The notes below the pieces were generated by a model. The model was not told where the DNA came from. It worked only from the letters and a program-made list of their open reading frames with translations, and searched no databases. From Antedon mediterranea (taxonomy: Eukaryota > Animalia > Echinodermata): DNA of 64,000 bases. Position numbers and translations under genes: made by a program. The stretch is from assembly GCF_964355755.1 (NCBI RefSeq), contig NC_092675.1, positions 30,910,912-30,974,911 on the forward strand, read 5' to 3'. Each line of letters begins with the position of its first letter. The stretch's first letter is position 1. This document shows positions 61,301 to 64,000 of the stretch, piece by piece.

Positions 61301-63771
61301 AATCCTGCAGGATTATGTGAGGCTGAGTGAAAGCTGCGTCCATAAAGAATTTGCAATTTTGTTGTGACATTGTTTTATTAAACATGTTAACAGTAGTTTC
61401 TATGGCAATCATTTCTTCAACCTCCTTTTGGTGCTATTTTAATGTATCCCCAAATGTGCCATGGACTGTATTTTAGTATTAAGATATTTATCTTAATTTT
61501 AATAACCTATTATTAAGAGTGTATTATGTAAATAATTAAGATGCATGTTTTTATACTTACAATCATATTTTAAGATTTTATCTTTTAAATGATCGTGTTT
61601 ATTCTAGATTTTATGTCAAGTTTTGTTAATTTGTGTATAATTTATTTCTTTAGATAAGAATTAAGTAATAGTTTAAGTTTGTAGTATACAACACGCTTTT
61701 ATTTTGGTGCTAATCTGATAGTTTTAAATACCACAACGATAGGTATATTGGTTATAATGATTAAAAACGAATAAATTCACGAAAGCCATTAAATGTATGT
61801 AAATTAATTTTATGTTTGTTACTGAGTAAGAATCAAAACTATTGTTAATGTATTTATTAAATACTTTTAGTGTATTTTATTTTAATCTATCTAGAGCGGC
61901 TTTGGCCATTTAAAAAATAACAACGGTTTAGTTTCTTTCAATATGTCAATACAACTCTCATTCTATTTGGTTCCTCAAAGCCTATTCTGAATAGTAGTAC
62001 AGTAGTAAACTGTATATTTTGCACAGGATTATAAAATAATAATATACTTGTCGTATACTATGATTAAAATTTGAATATGCAAAAAAACATAGGAAACCAT
62101 TTTCAAAGTTGAAGGTTTTAGAATGCTTTAGCCGACACTGTTCAAAGCACAGACAACATGTTATACCCTGCTATTATGATGTGATTTCAGCATGTTTATT
62201 GTTTTCAGGGTTGCAAGTAATTTCCTGAGGGGTGACTCGCCGTAAATTTGTATTTTTCTAAATTTATATGGTATGATGAGATAAAGGATTAAAAACTCAT
62301 GTGATTGAATTAAGTGTCATGTTTTGATATTTCTTTGACCCTTGGCCAGTGCTAAAATGGATCTTAAGTTGATGCTTAATTAGTTGTGATTTCCATGCAT
62401 TACAAAGACTGTATCAATATGCTGTAACTAAACCATAGACGAATAAGTTAGGATCTCCATACTTAAACTAATAATCACTTAATAACCAAAGGTTCAAAAT
62501 GTTATAGAATTATGTTTTTTAACTAATTTATTGATGATTATTTTTGACATAAAATACAATGTAGTATTTTAAGATGATGTTGCATGTTAATTTGTAGTGT
62601 TATTTTGATTATTTGTGCATTTATATAAACAATGTTTCTTGTTTACATTACCGTATAACAACAGACCAAACTTTGCCAATACCGAGTATATTATTACGAA
62701 TAAAATCATATTTTACTCACACTAAAATGCTTTTTTCTCTTTTGAGTTTATGATTTCTTCAGAAAGCCTTACCACTTTATTAATTTATTATTTTATTTGT
62801 TATTTTATTTTGTGATTTATATTATTACACCATACACTTATTCATCCACAATAATTTATTTACAACAGCATAATTATTACTAAACATTATTCATTGTTTT
62901 CACGCTGCTGCTCTAGCCCGCTACGTCCCATTAGGACTACTCAATCAGAAGCTAAAGCAAGCAGCAGTTATAGTTCTAAGGACAGACAGTTTTGTGAAAA
63001 TGGAAACTCCACTATGATTTATTGATTCACAGTAGACCCAAAAAACGTCTGGGAAAGAGTCTATTAGGACATGTCATGCTAAAATTACAAATCCCAAAGC
63101 ATTTCTGGTATATTCACTGTCAGATATTCATTGAATTATTATCGAAACAGTCCATTAAAGTTTGTGTTTGTAATAGGATACTTCACAATTGAAATATCTA
63201 GGGTGATGAAGTGACCCCCAGATTTGACCTTAGCAATAAAATTAACTAAAGTGACAGAAATTGAGTATTCACTTCTGTAACAAAAATATAATATTTATTC
63301 ACATATAAAAAAAGAAAAGAAACCCAAAAACCATTGTCTGACAGACAATTTAAGTATTTGTTGCTTTAAATTACATTTTTTTCAGGTAAAATAACTATTA
63401 TGTGACAATAAAATGACACATTAAAAAACGTTTGAAATAAAAAATATTTTTCAATAAGCGAGCAGCGTTTTTTGTAAGAAATATTTCTTGTTCATTCTAT
63501 TTCAAGTAAGTTTATTATCATAAAACTAGTGGTGGCGACAAACATTTTAAAACATACATAAAGTGACGCGTCAGCAGCATGCAGGGTGGCAGCAGCAGTG
63601 TGGTTACCTACCTACCTTCGAAATGGAATAACCCATGTTCGTCACCAATTTTTTTCCGCTCGAGTTTCTTCCTTTTCGCTCGAAAAATTGCATCGCGCGG
63701 AAAGAAGGAATTGAGAGATTGGTAAGCCTACTACTACTAGCCTAGTACTAGGCCATTAGAATCGGGCAAAA

Positions 63772-63899
63772 ATGTCAGGAAGAAGAGACAGACGAGATTA
63801 TGACAGTGGAAGTTCTAGTTATAGATCATCAAGACATCATGACGGGGGAAGACATGGAAGGCATAGCTCTCATCATGATGGTGACTGGATCTGCTCGGG
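63772..63899 (+). CDS. ZRANB2: First coding exon of a RanBP2-type zinc-finger protein, probably ZRANB2 (continues beyond window)
   Basis: MSGRRDRRDYDSGSSSYRSSRHHDGGRHGRHSSHHDGDWICSG then donor GG|GTAAAA. DGDWIC near the N-terminus matches ZRANB2; only half a finger is visible. Confidence 0.55.
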
Positions 63900-64000
63900 G
63901 TAAAACGATTCGATGATCATGTGCTGGGTGGAGTGGTACGGCCTAGGCCAGGCTAGCCTAGCTAGGCTAGACCGGCTCATCCATTCGGCTGCTCAATATA

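Noticed and set aside
60944-61412. Four overlapping Met/Cys/His-rich ORFs
   Set aside because: Open in several frames only because the degenerate 17-18-bp repeat lacks stops.
62905-62967. Hammerhead-like core on the minus strand (CTGATTGAGTA-GTCC-TAATG-GGAC-GTAG) within a stem
   Set aside because: CUGANGA spacing is wrong, GAAA is absent and no third stem or cleavage triplet is evident.

Overview
AT-rich, intron-containing animal genomic DNA; gene content suggests an invertebrate deuterostome, possibly an echinoderm (inference only). Manual splicing supports seven genes: the 3' end of an EGF-CFC (Cripto/oep-like) gene (+), RTCA (-), DBT (+), TLCD4/TMEM56 (+), SMIM7 (-), an ST6GalNAc III-VI-type sialyltransferase (+) and the first coding exon of a probable ZRANB2 (+). 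The most striking signal is repeated local duplication of exon boundaries with their splice sites. The end of RTCA coding exon 3 plus its GT donor is amplified into 57 indel-free 41-bp copies, and only the first donor avoids an in-frame stop. Smaller duplications hit an EGF-CFC donor (in frame), the RTCA stop region, a DBT acceptor and a DBT donor (GT mutated in the copy), and an 18-copy donor-bearing array lies in sialyltransferase intron 1. The SMIM7/sialyltransferase divergent promoter is split by two adjacent non-coding foldback elements (9.2 kb with a 9-bp TSD, and 4 kb) carrying nested palindromes, MITEs and a tRNA-headed structured RNA candidate. CTAGGCCTAG-type motifs cluster near the 5' end of all six genes whose 5' end is visible. 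All calls are by eye; no database search was run.
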